Positions 8,333 through 16,750 of a stretch of DNA of 32,246 bases are shown here, one piece after another. Source of the stretch: Gemmatimonadota bacterium (lineage in GTDB: Bacteria > GCA-2686955). The stretch is taken from NCBI GenBank assembly GCA_026991065.1, contig JALXCG010000886.1:1-32246 (forward strand), in the 5' to 3' direction. Made by a program: the position numbers and the translations under genes. How positions within the stretch are numbered: position 1 is the first letter of the stretch; each line of letters begins with the position of its first letter. The notes beneath the pieces are model-generated. The model did no database searches. It was not told the DNA's origin and saw nothing but the letters and a program-made list of their open reading frames with translations.

Positions 8333-9904
8333 CTACTTCAGCAAAACCAATTTTCTCGTTTCGCGCTGATTCGCCGTGGTCATAACGGCGAGATAGAGGC
8401 CACTGGCGACAGGCCACCCATTCATCGCTTTTCCATCCCATGAGACGGAATGCTCCCCGGCCGGCATGCGTCCCGACGCAAGACTCATAACCTTATGACC
8501 TGAAAGGTCATAGATGTTCAAACTAACCTCTTCCGCACGTTCCAGCGTAAAGCGCAAAGTGGTCCGAGGATTGAACGGGTTGGGTGAGGGGGGCTGTAGA
8601 TGCGCGGTCGCCCCCACCCATGGCGTACCGCCACCGATGTCAGAGGCCAACTGGGTCTTGCATCCCACGGTGTTGACCAGCGCCGTGTCCCGGCCGGAAT
8701 GAAACAGGAGCAGTTCCTGTTCATCCAGTAGAGCGGCAGGCTCGTTCACATCACGCGCGTCCCACAGACCGCGCCCGCCGACCCCGAGAATCGGGTTGCC
8801 GCCGTTGGGACTCCATTCGATGCCGTCCGCGGACCGGGCAGCACCGATGCGCAGCGTGTCGCCGTCAGTCCCTCCGTACCACATCACCCATTCGTCGCCG
8901 TCGCGCAGAACGTCCACAGTGGTCGTTCCAAACGACTCCCACTCAGCCCCCCCCTCATAGACCGGCCCAGACGGAGAAGTGGTCCAAAAAATACCATCGT
9001 CCGAGATCGCTCGACCGATCTTCCATGGCTGCGCGCCTATCGGTCCGTCTATACGGCCATCCGCTCGCAATCCGACAAACCACATGATGTAGCTTCCAGC
9101 TTCGTATCGAACAGCTTTGTATGCAGCGAAATCGCTCCACGCGGTCTGCCCGCTGAACACCGGAATCGCCGGGTTTCGACTCCACGAGCGGCCACCGTCG
9201 GCAGTGGTCGCCCGACCGATGCGATAAACGGCGCCATCAAAGCCGGCATAGTAGAGCACAAGGCTACCGTTGGGGTCGAAGTGCACATGCGGAGCGGTGA
9301 CGCCGAGGGCATCGAAACTGCCCCCGCTCCCTTCGCGCAAAGCGGGTGTACAGGTGCGGTTCCAGCTTGCGCCCAAATCGATCGACCAGGCAAAACCGAT
9401 GCGCAGTGGTCCATCGGGAGTGCCATCGAAACCGCTGTACCAGACTTTGAGGGTGTCGCCGTCCCGTACCGCTGTGGGCGCGGCGACCTCCTGGGCATCG
9501 AAACAGCCGGAGTTGCCAAGGTCGAGAGCCGGATCGGGCGAGCAACGAGACCAGGGGTCACCCGCTGTGACGAGTGGCTCGCCACCACCCCTTGTGGCCC
9601 AGTAAAGCCCCGCCGGAACGGGATCGCCCTGATCATCCCGACCGTTCCACACGACAGCGTCCCGATCACCGTCGACTGCGAGTCGGGAAACCACCACACG
9701 GCCGGAAAGATCGTGTATCTGAACCCACGCACTCTTGCCGCCGGGAATAACCGAAGCGGGGGGATCCAGTGGGGGACGAACCAGTGGTACAGCTGCCAGA
9801 GCGGCAGCAAGAAGAGTTGTAGAACCCATCGCGCAATCCAAGTTGAAGTTGCTGTTGGTGGAAGCACCCGGATGTGCGGAGAGGGGCCCGAGCACATCCG
9901 CCAT
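8333..9904 (-). CDS. Secreted five-bladed beta-propeller protein (GH43/GH32/GH130-like fold) with N-terminal and C-terminal FlgD-Ig-like modules
   Basis: 523-aa ORF. A signal-like segment MGSTTLLAAALAAVPLV begins at an internal Met (alternative start 9829). Five repeats follow the blade pattern: VWYSGFDG..RIGFAWSIDLGASW, LYYAGFDGAVYRIGRATTADGGRSW, MWFVGLR..KIGRAISDDGIFW, MWYGGTDGDTLRIGAARSADGIEW and LLFHSGRD. The C-terminus NPFNPRTTLRFTL..VSLNIYDLSGHKV..AGEHSVSWDG..ASGLYLAV..RKLVLLK is a FlgD-Ig/T9SS-like tail. A related module lies at aa ~56-106 (VQIHDLSGRVV..VVWNGRDDQGDPVPAGLYWA). Confidence 0.8.
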   Translation of the reverse strand: MADVLGPLSAHPGASTNSNFNLDCAMGSTTLLAAALAAVPLVRPPLDPPASVIPGGKSAWVQIHDLSGRVVVSRLAVDGDRDAVVWNGRDDQGDPVPAGLYWATRGGGEPLVTAGDPWSRCSPDPALDLGNSGCFDAQEVAAPTAVRDGDTLKVWYSGFDGTPDGPLRIGFAWSIDLGASWNRTCTPALREGSGGSFDALGVTAPHVHFDPNGSLVLYYAGFDGAVYRIGRATTADGGRSWSRNPAIPVFSGQTAWSDFAAYKAVRYEAGSYIMWFVGLRADGRIDGPIGAQPWKIGRAISDDGIFWTTSPSGPVYEGGAEWESFGTTTVDVLRDGDEWVMWYGGTDGDTLRIGAARSADGIEWSPNGGNPILGVGGRGLWDARDVNEPAALLDEQELLLFHSGRDTALVNTVGCKTQLASDIGGGTPWVGATAHLQPPSPNPFNPRTTLRFTLERAEEVSLNIYDLSGHKVMSLASGRMPAGEHSVSWDGKAMNGWPVASGLYLAVMTTANQRETRKLVLLK

Positions 9905-9915
9905 AGCAACCTACA

Positions 9916-10476
9916 TCAGCAGCCTCCTTGGCCGGTAAGGTCGACGATACGCACGATCTTGATTGCAGCGGGATCGGAAACGTCGAAACTGAAGATCGCG
10001 GGTCCGCAAGCTCGCTCCAGTCCATCCTGCCATTGCATTTCGATCTGCACAGTGTAGTTGATCTCGGCCCAGTCCGAGACAAGTGAACTCACGCAGTCGC
10101 CCTCTTCCCAACACACATCCTCTTGAGCATGCGCGACTGCGTCAAACCGGATGTCTACCAGGTCGGGAGAGTTGAATATCTGTTCCATCTGGGCGACATC
10201 TTCTTCTTTGGAGTAGAAATCAACCCCAACTTGATCGGCGTCGTCGGTATCAAGAAAGAACTGATAGTCGGGCGCCAAGCACTCCTCATACAGCCCAATA
10301 TCCTGTGATTCCTGCGCCAGATCGAAATTGAACATCGTGTTGCTGATGCTGTCGAAGGGGCGAGGGTCAAGCGTCGGCTCGGCAGGACCGGTCTCTTCGG
10401 CTGGATCGAGCACACATCCGCCCAGGGTCACGCCCAGGAAGAGGAGCAAGCTGGGGGAAAACGCATATTTTTTCAC
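9916..10476 (-). CDS. Acidic lipoprotein of unknown function (possible NTF2-like fold)
   Basis: 186-aa ORF with a GTG start at 10476 and GAGGAA ~7 nt upstream. The signal peptide has a lipobox, MKKYAFSPSLLLFLGVTLGG|C. The mature part is strongly acidic, has 6 further Cys and ends in ...GQGGC. The stop is 11 nt upstream of the longest-ORF start of the propeller gene. Confidence 0.75.
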   Translation of the reverse strand: MKKYAFSPSLLLFLGVTLGGCVLDPAEETGPAEPTLDPRPFDSISNTMFNFDLAQESQDIGLYEECLAPDYQFFLDTDDADQVGVDFYSKEEDVAQMEQIFNSPDLVDIRFDAVAHAQEDVCWEEGDCVSSLVSDWAEINYTVQIEMQWQDGLERACGPAIFSFDVSDPAAIKIVRIVDLTGQGGC

Positions 10477-10661
10477 ACTGGTTCCTCATAGAAAGCCGGC
10501 ACTCGCTGCATCACGTGCACACCAGATCTACCCGGGCCGATATGGGAGTCTGTTGCGCAAGGCAATACGGGACAGACTCCCAGTCCAGATGTGCTGTCTT
10601 TCAGAATAATGCGGGGGCGAACCACCGCCCAGCACTTCATCGCAGCGAATGCGGCATGAGC

Positions 10662-10704
10662 CAATACTAGAAAGGGTGGATGCCCGACATGCGGACATCC
10701 ACCC
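10662..10704 (-). terminator. Possible intrinsic terminator after tRNA-Glu
   Basis: The minus strand reads GGGTGGATG-13 nt loop-CATCCACCC (9-bp GC-rich stem, 10704..10674), followed by TTTCTAGTATT. The loop is large and the U-tract interrupted, so this call is weak. Confidence 0.35.
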
Positions 10705-10709
10705 AAAAC

Positions 10710-10784
10710 TGGTAGCCCCTAGGGGAATCGAACCCCTGTTTGATGGCTGAGAACCACCCGTCCTAGGCCACTAGACGAAGGGGC
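10710..10784 (-). tRNA. tRNA-Glu (anticodon CUC)
   Basis: The reverse complement is GCCCCTTCGTCTAGTGGCCTAGGACGGGTGGTTCTCAGCCATCAAACAGGGGTTCGATTCCCCTAGGGGCTACCA. It has a 7-bp acceptor stem, a GTTCGATTC T-loop, anticodon loop TT-CTC-AG and an encoded CCA. Confidence 0.93.
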
Positions 10785-10853
10785 CATTGAAACCACCAGT
10801 ATAGCCGATGACCCAACCAGTGCGCAAGCACATGCACACTGCTCAGGAGAAAA

Positions 10854-10927
10854 TGGCTGGGGAGCAGGGATTCGAACCCCGGCAACAGGAACCAGAATCC
10901 TGTGTCCTACCCCTAGACGACTCCCCA
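10854..10927 (-). tRNA. tRNA-Gln (anticodon CUG)
   Basis: The reverse complement is TGGGGAGTCGTCTAGGGGTAGGACACAGGATTCTGGTTCCTGTTGCCGGGGTTCGAATCCCTGCTCCCCAGCCA. The acceptor stem is TGGGGAG/CTCCCCA, the anticodon stem CAGGA/TCCTG and the anticodon loop TT-CTG-GT. CCA is encoded. Confidence 0.92.
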
Positions 10928-11031
10928 GCGGAGTATTTTGGCACGGTAGGACTGCCGGAAGGGAAATTAGCCGCGAGAGTGGTCCCGAGTCAAGCCCCTG
11001 GGTGGTTTTTCAGGCTGCCGTCTTCCTGAGG

Positions 11032-11069
11032 AAAAAAAACACCGCCCTCTGCTTTCTGAGAGGGCGGTG
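11032..11069 (-). terminator. Rho-independent terminator downstream of tRNA-Ser(GCU)
   Basis: The minus strand reads CACCGCCCTCT-CAGAAAGC-AGAGGGCGGTG, a perfect 11-bp stem (11069..11040) with an 8-nt loop. T8 follows immediately (11039..11032). It starts 5 nt after the tRNA 3' end. Confidence 0.85.
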
Positions 11070-11073
11070 AATC

Positions 11074-11163
<90 letters not shown>

Positions 11164-11257
11164 GTGGCTCTATTCATCCATCCATGGTCTTCAATGCCGG
11201 AGCGCCCCGCCGCACCTCTTTTTCGGTTGCTCGCGGGAAATCGCACTGGCATACAAC

Positions 11258-11343
11258 TGGCGGAGGGCGAGGGACTCGAACCCCCAAGGGTTTTCACCCG
11301 GCGGTTTTCAAGACCGCTGCCTTACCAATTAGGCTAGCCCTCC
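11258..11343 (-). tRNA. tRNA-Ser (anticodon UGA)
   Basis: The reverse complement is GGAGGGCTAGCCTAATTGGTAAGGCAGCGGTCTTGAAAACCGCCGGGTGAAAACCCTTGGGGGTTCGAGTCCCTCGCCCTCCGCCA. It has a long variable arm, anticodon stem GCGGT/ACCGC, anticodon loop CT-TGA-AA and an encoded CCA. Confidence 0.93.
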
Positions 11344-11481
11344 AGGCTACTTTTCAAGTCGCGAAGTAAGCAGTGTGCCGGACTGATCAGTCGATCGTCA
11401 AGTCTGGAGCGCGATTCTCTCTTCCTTTTCCGCTTTTGGAGCGCCCCACTCCCGGCGCAGCCGCCAACGCCATGACCTGAA

Positions 11482-12483
11482 TCAGTGAATCTCGTCGTTC
11501 CACTCCTCTCCCGCATCAAGGATCTCCGAGTCGTCGTCTTCCCACAGCGCGGAGCGTCTTGCGCCGCGGGCGCGTTTCAGGATCGCTCCAACAACCAAGA
11601 CAACACCCACGAGAGCCCACAACACACCACTCTCGCCAAGAACATCGATCAGATTAAAACGCGACCGCACCTCCCCCTTCCAAACCGCCGCGAACAGAGC
11701 CGGCGTAAGTCCCGTTCCTCGTTCCAGTGCGTCGGGAAAGGTTCTGCCCACCGCCAAATCGCTGAGAATCCAAGGCAGAGCCTGTGGACCATAGCGTTCT
11801 TCGATCCAGCGAATGGCATCGTAGCTTTCCGCATAAGCCAGTCTCGCAAGCGGTTCCGATGCCGGAAAAGAGTCGGCAAGAGCAGGGAGCGGCAAAAGGC
11901 GATCGAAGAGCGCAGCCCGGGAGAGCGCGAGATGCATGTCTGGCGAAGGAAGCTGGGAGCGGAACATCGCGTGCCCCTCGTCAAACCACCTCGGAATCGG
12001 CACTTGCAGCGATCCCAGGAGAACGTGAGCGAACTCGTGGCGGAGAACGCGATCAAGCTCTTCGGGTGTGCGTTCCCGAACATTCGAGTAGGCAATGATC
12101 ACCAAGCGCCGGCCGGGTAGCGCGGCACCTGTCCCCCATTCCGGCACAAGGCCACCGGTTACCCACTGAAAAACCTCCTCGTCGCCGGCAAAGACGACAT
12201 CCATCGCCCCTCCGGGATCAACACCCATTTCATTGCTCAAACTCAGCAAAACACTCTCTGCGCGCCGCTGTAGCCAAACAACAGGAAGTACTCGGTCGCG
12301 CGGAGTATAGACGGTCAGGTCGCCTTCGGTGTGGGCCGCGAATTGTTCCGCGAAATCGCTGCTTCCCGGGAGAACCGGCGGACCGGCAAAGGCAAGAGCG
12401 GTAAGAAGAAGTTGAACTCCCATGGCGGCCAGAAAATAGAGAAAGCGGCTGCTCCACGGGCCAGGCCGGTGTGGCCGGATCAC
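11482..12483 (-). CDS. Peptidase MA-family (gluzincin-like) protein with signal peptide and C-terminal membrane anchor
   Basis: The motif LRHEFAHVLLGSLQVPIPRWFDEGHAMF (HExxH plus a downstream WFDEG glutamate) matches the Peptidase_MA_2 pattern as I recall it. A C-terminal TM helix (VLWALVGVVLVVGAIL) is followed by an acidic tail (WEDDDSEILDAGEEWNDEIH). The start is unresolved. The longest ORF (TTG 12651) overlaps mnmA by 119 nt. Other candidates are ATG 12594, GTG 12483 (which gives a basic n-region plus FLYFLAAMGVQLLLTALAFA) and ATG 12423. Confidence 0.7.
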   Translation of the reverse strand: MIRPHRPGPWSSRFLYFLAAMGVQLLLTALAFAGPPVLPGSSDFAEQFAAHTEGDLTVYTPRDRVLPVVWLQRRAESVLLSLSNEMGVDPGGAMDVVFAGDEEVFQWVTGGLVPEWGTGAALPGRRLVIIAYSNVRERTPEELDRVLRHEFAHVLLGSLQVPIPRWFDEGHAMFRSQLPSPDMHLALSRAALFDRLLPLPALADSFPASEPLARLAYAESYDAIRWIEERYGPQALPWILSDLAVGRTFPDALERGTGLTPALFAAVWKGEVRSRFNLIDVLGESGVLWALVGVVLVVGAILKRARGARRSALWEDDDSEILDAGEEWNDEIH

Positions 12484-12532
12484 GGGCGAAGGTCCAGTAG
12501 CGGAAATCACAAGAACAGCCAATTCCGCCGCC

Positions 12533-13627
12533 TCAGCGGCAACGCTCGGTTCGCTCGATAATTCCACCAAGAAGGACCTCCCGGTCGGCGGCATCGTAGA
12601 GCACCGCGCTCTGCCCGGGAGCCACCCCTTCAACGGGAGTCTCTGTTTCAACCCGAATGGCCCCGCCCGATTCCCTGATCAGCGTTGCGGGCCATGGTTC
12701 TTGGTGGGCCCGAACCTGCAGGTGCAGGCCGGGAATTCTCTCGGCCAAGGGCAAGGCAGCCAGTTGATTCACGTCGGTCAGCCAACAGGAATCGATTTTC
12801 AAACCCTCCCGGTAGTCGACCTCCACCGCACGCGATTCGGCATCGATCGCCTTTACATAGAGCGGTCTCTTTGCCGCGACGCCGATGCCTTTCCGCTGAC
12901 CAACCGTAAAGCAGGCGATCCCGCGGTGGGTTCCGATCTGCTCTCCTTCCGGCCCCAGGATCGGCCCGGGGCGCAAGGCATCGGGTCGTCGCCGACCCAC
13001 AAAAGCTGCATGTTTCCCGGGCGGCACAAAGCAGATCTCCTGACTCTCCGCCTTTTCAGCCGTGGCCAACCCCAACTTTTGGGCCCGCTGGCGCACCTCT
13101 GACTTGGTCATGTGACCGATCGGGAAAACCACTCGCTGGAGCAACTCGTGGGAGAGCCCCCAGAGAACATAGGACTGATCCTTGGCCCGATCGACGCCTC
13201 TCACCAGCCGGCGCTCCGCGCCCGCCCCTTCGACACGGGCATGGTGACCGCTGGCGATCGCCTCAACACCAAGAGCCTGAAAACGTTCAAGCAGCGCAGG
13301 GAATTTCACATGGGTATTGCAGCGAATGCAGGGATTGGGTGTTCGCCCGCGAGCGTACTGTTCAACAAAATCCTCGATCACCCGCTCCCGAAACAGCTCC
13401 TCCACATCCACCACATGGTGGGCAACGTCAAAAGCCTGAGCCACTGCTCGAGCATCCGCGATCCCCTCAAGCCCGCAGCAGGAGCGTTCTCCCGCCGGCT
13501 CATCGCCATAACAAAACGTGCGCATGGTTACAGCGATCACGCGGTGCCCGCGGGACACCAGTTCCGCCAGAGCCACCGAACTATCTACGCCGCCGCTGAG
13601 CGCCAGTAGGATCGTGCCGGCAGTCAC
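12533..13627 (-). CDS. mnmA: tRNA 2-thiouridine(34) synthase MnmA
   Basis: 364 aa. It has the PP-loop LALSGGVDSSV, the catalytic-Cys context RTPNPCIRCN, DQSYVLW and the C-terminal barrel region. The GTG start at 13627 overlaps the desulfurase stop (GTGA). Confidence 0.93.
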   Translation of the reverse strand: MTAGTILLALSGGVDSSVALAELVSRGHRVIAVTMRTFCYGDEPAGERSCCGLEGIADARAVAQAFDVAHHVVDVEELFRERVIEDFVEQYARGRTPNPCIRCNTHVKFPALLERFQALGVEAIASGHHARVEGAGAERRLVRGVDRAKDQSYVLWGLSHELLQRVVFPIGHMTKSEVRQRAQKLGLATAEKAESQEICFVPPGKHAAFVGRRRPDALRPGPILGPEGEQIGTHRGIACFTVGQRKGIGVAAKRPLYVKAIDAESRAVEVDYREGLKIDSCWLTDVNQLAALPLAERIPGLHLQVRAHQEPWPATLIRESGGAIRVETETPVEGVAPGQSAVLYDAADREVLLGGIIERTERCR

Positions 13628-14781
13628 CGCGCGGCTGCCAAAAGCCGCAGATCGTCGATTGCGGATACCATGCGATCCAGAACATAGTCCACGTCTGTTT
13701 CCCCATTGGAACGCCCCCAGGCCAGGCGCACCGTGTGGTGAGCTTCATCCGCAGAGAGCCCCATGGCGGTCAAAACGTGCGAAGGAGCCATTGCACCGGT
13801 GGTGCAGGCGCTGCCCGCGGAGATCGCAATGCCCTCCATATCGAGCATAAGAAGTAGTGCTTCCGCCTCGACATCCCGGATGGTCAGACTGGACGTATTG
13901 GGGACCCGCCCCTCTTGCGGCCCATTCACCCGCACACCATCGACTCTCCGCAGAAGCTCTCTCTCGAAACCATCGCGCAATGACTTGAGGCGCAAACACT
14001 CCTCGTCCAGGTTCGCTTTTGCGAGCTGCGCAGCGGCGCCAAATCCAACAATGCCGGCCGTATTCTCGGTTCCTGGGCGAAGGCCGCGTTCCTGGTTGCC
14101 CCCGTGATGCAGCGGATTGAGCTTCAATCCTGGGCGCAGATAGAGCGCCCCCACTCCTTTCGGACCGCCGATTTTGTGCGCGGAGATGCTCAACAGGTCA
14201 ACCCCGAGTTGCTCCACATCGATGGGGTGCTTACCCGCCGCCTGAACCGCGTCCGTGTGCATCAGAATCTGCCGGCGCCGACATGCGGCGGCAATCTGCG
14301 CGACGGGCTGCAAAGCCCCCGTCTCATTGTTCGCCAGCATGACGGATACCAGTCCCGTGTCCGGCTCCAGAGCATCGACAATGGCTTCTGCCGAAACCAC
14401 GCCATCGGCTCCTACCGGCACCACGGACAGCCGCACCAGCCCTTCGTGCTCCAGCGCTTTGGCCCCCTCCAGCACCGCGTGGTGTTCAATCGCGGTGGTG
14501 ACGATGTGCGTGCCCGGGCGCAGTGCTGCAACCCCCCGCAGCGCCAAATTGTCAGCTTCGGTGCCACCGGAGGTAAAAAGCACGGTTGAGGGTCGAGCGC
14601 CGATGAGGGTCGCCACGTTCCGTCGCGCCTCATCCACCAGAACACGCACCCTGCGCCCCCAGCCGTGCGCGGAAGATGGGTTGCCAAAGTGCTCGGTCAA
14701 AAGCGGCATCATCGCCTGCAGTACCTCCGGCAGAAGCGGAGTCGTGGCGTTGTTATCCAGATAGACTTGGCGCTCGATCAA
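13624..14781 (-). CDS. Cysteine desulfurase (class I, NifS/IscS-like)
   Basis: 385 aa. It has YLDNNATTP, the PLP-lysine motif SAHKIGGPKGVGALY and the active-site loop ISAGSACTTG. The only start compatible with the conserved N-terminus is TTG 14781, immediately after the engB TGA (TGATTG). Confidence 0.92.
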   Translation of the reverse strand: MIERQVYLDNNATTPLLPEVLQAMMPLLTEHFGNPSSAHGWGRRVRVLVDEARRNVATLIGARPSTVLFTSGGTEADNLALRGVAALRPGTHIVTTAIEHHAVLEGAKALEHEGLVRLSVVPVGADGVVSAEAIVDALEPDTGLVSVMLANNETGALQPVAQIAAACRRRQILMHTDAVQAAGKHPIDVEQLGVDLLSISAHKIGGPKGVGALYLRPGLKLNPLHHGGNQERGLRPGTENTAGIVGFGAAAQLAKANLDEECLRLKSLRDGFERELLRRVDGVRVNGPQEGRVPNTSSLTIRDVEAEALLLMLDMEGIAISAGSACTTGAMAPSHVLTAMGLSADEAHHTVRLAWGRSNGETDVDYVLDRMVSAIDDLRLLAAAR

Positions 14782-15423
14782 TCAATCCTCAACTTCCACA
14801 TCCAGCACTTCCAGGATGGTCTCTGGGGGCTCCTCGGTCCAGGAGGTCACCAACTCCTGAAGCTGCCTCCAGACCTCACCGATCCCCTCCTTGGTCACGA
14901 CAGAAACCGGCACGACCGATTCGTGAGAGGGCAGCCCCAGGTCCCTTGCGATCACCTGCAGCGCAGCCCGTCGACGCGAACGCTTGACCTTGTCAATCTT
15001 GGTGGCGAGCACCAAGAATGGCAGGTCCATGTCGGCGAAAAGGGAACGCATCCGGTGGTCCGCCGGCTGCGGCTCATGCCGGCTGTCCACCAAGTGAATG
15101 ATGCCGGCCAGATTGCTTCGTGACCTGAAGTAATCCGCCACGAGGCGTGCCCAGCGTGCACGCTCATTGCCCCCGGTGCGAGCAAAACCATAGCCAGGAA
15201 GATCCGCCAAGTGAAACCGATGGTCTACGCGAAAGATGTTCACGGTAGAAGTCTTCCCCGGCTTCTTGGAAACACGGGCGATGTTCTTGCGCTGGAGCAA
15301 GGCGTTGATCAAACTGGACTTACCCACGTTCGAGCGCCCCACAAAAGCGATCTCGGGCAGAAGCGGCGGCGGATAGCGGTCTCCCGCGCGCCCGACAGTG
15401 GCGAGCAATTCGACTTCACGCAT
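14782..15423 (-). CDS. engB: Ribosome biogenesis GTP-binding protein YihA/EngB
   Basis: 213 aa with an ATG start. G1 is GRSNVGKSSLINAL, G3 is DLPGYG and G4 is TKIDK. The length is typical of EngB. Confidence 0.9.
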   Translation of the reverse strand: MREVELLATVGRAGDRYPPPLLPEIAFVGRSNVGKSSLINALLQRKNIARVSKKPGKTSTVNIFRVDHRFHLADLPGYGFARTGGNERARWARLVADYFRSRSNLAGIIHLVDSRHEPQPADHRMRSLFADMDLPFLVLATKIDKVKRSRRRAALQVIARDLGLPSHESVVPVSVVTKEGIGEVWRQLQELVTSWTEEPPETILEVLDVEVED

Positions 15424-15453
15424 AACAACGCCAATTGCTCACCGCTTGCCGCC

Positions 15454-16728
15454 CTACGCCTGCCGGCGCGACTGCCGGTCACGAACCGTGAAAATCGGGT
15501 CGGCCTTCTTCTCGATCACATCCTTGGAAATCAGCACCTCCGCAACATCATCACGAGCGGGAATATCGTACATGATGTCGAGCATGATGTTCTCCATCAC
15601 TGACCGCAAGCCGCGCGCACCGGTCTCTTTCTTGCGGGCGATGTCGACCACTGCTTCAAGAGCTTCTGGAGAGAACTTCAGTTTGACATCTTCGAACTCG
15701 AAAAGTTGCTGATATTGCCGGGTCAGAGCATTCTTCGGCTCGGTCAGAATGCGCAGCATCGCGGATCGATCCAGCGGATAGAGCACGGTGTGAACGGGTA
15801 GGCGCCCCACCAATTCCGGAATCAGCCCGAAGCGCAGCAGGTCATCCGGCTCCAACTCTTCCAGCATGACGGAACGATCGATCTTGTCCCGCGGAGTATC
15901 AGACCTGGAACTCGGGCCCGCTCCAGAAAAACCAATCGTTCGCTTGCCCACTCTGCGCTCGATAATCTCTTCGATCCGGTCGAACGCACCTCCGCAGATG
16001 AACAGGATGTTCTTGGTGTTGATCTGGATGTACTCCTGCTGCGGGTGCTTGCGGCCCCCCTGCGGAGGGACATTCGCAGAAGTACCTTCGAGCAGTTTGA
16101 GGAGCGCTTGCTGCACACCCTCGCCGGACACATCGCGAGTAATCGACGGATTGTCGGACTTGCGGGCAACCTTGTCGATCTCGTCAATGTAGACGATGCC
16201 AACTTCGGCCTGTGAAACGTTGTAATTGGCGGACTGCAGCAAACGCACCAGGATGTTTTCAACATCCTCTCCGACATAGCCCGCCTCGGTCAGCGTGGTG
16301 GCATCAACGATCGCAAAAGGTACCTTGAGTGTACGGGCGAGCGTTTCGGCGAGCAGGGTCTTTCCCGTGCCGGTGGAGCCAACCAGCAGGATGTTGGCCT
16401 TCTCCAACTCGACCCCACCCTTGAGCGCCTTGCTCGGCATGATCCGCTTGTAGTGATTGTAAACGGCAACGGCGAGGGCGCGTTTCGCCCGCTCCTGGCC
16501 AATCACATACTCATCCAACGCGGCCTTGATCTCGTGCGGCTTGGGCAGTCCCTCCGGACGAATTCTGCTTTCATAGTTCATATCCTCCGCAAGAATCTCG
16601 TTGCAGAGCTGTATGCACTCGTTGCAGATATAGACCGAAGGACCGGAAACAAGCTTGTCAACGGAGTCCTGACCCCGGCTGCAGAATGAACAGCGCAGGT
16701 TCCCCTGCCCTCCGGTGTTGCGACTCAT
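15454..16728 (-). CDS. clpX: ATP-dependent Clp protease ATP-binding subunit ClpX
   Basis: 424 aa. It has the N-terminal zinc ribbon CSFC...CNEC, Walker [16 protein letters not shown], Walker B VYIDEIDK, the GYVGEDVE pore loop and the IPELVGRLP sensor region. Confidence 0.97.
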   Translation of the reverse strand: MSRNTGGQGNLRCSFCSRGQDSVDKLVSGPSVYICNECIQLCNEILAEDMNYESRIRPEGLPKPHEIKAALDEYVIGQERAKRALAVAVYNHYKRIMPSKALKGGVELEKANILLVGSTGTGKTLLAETLARTLKVPFAIVDATTLTEAGYVGEDVENILVRLLQSANYNVSQAEVGIVYIDEIDKVARKSDNPSITRDVSGEGVQQALLKLLEGTSANVPPQGGRKHPQQEYIQINTKNILFICGGAFDRIEEIIERRVGKRTIGFSGAGPSSRSDTPRDKIDRSVMLEELEPDDLLRFGLIPELVGRLPVHTVLYPLDRSAMLRILTEPKNALTRQYQQLFEFEDVKLKFSPEALEAVVDIARKKETGARGLRSVMENIMLDIMYDIPARDDVAEVLISKDVIEKKADPIFTVRDRQSRRQA

Positions 16729-16750
16729 GACTGGACCACCTTATCCGCGG

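Noticed and set aside
9049-10057. Alternative-frame ORFs 9049..9909 (-) and 9281..10057 (+) within the propeller gene
   Set aside because: They show no repeat structure or motifs. The 8333..9904 frame shows five clear blade repeats and a canonical C-terminal tail.
10473-10706. 77-aa minus-strand ORF filling the tRNA-Glu/lipoprotein intergenic region
   Set aside because: It overlaps the start of the lipoprotein gene, spans two hairpins, has no RBS and shows odd composition. It is more likely non-coding leader or terminator sequence.
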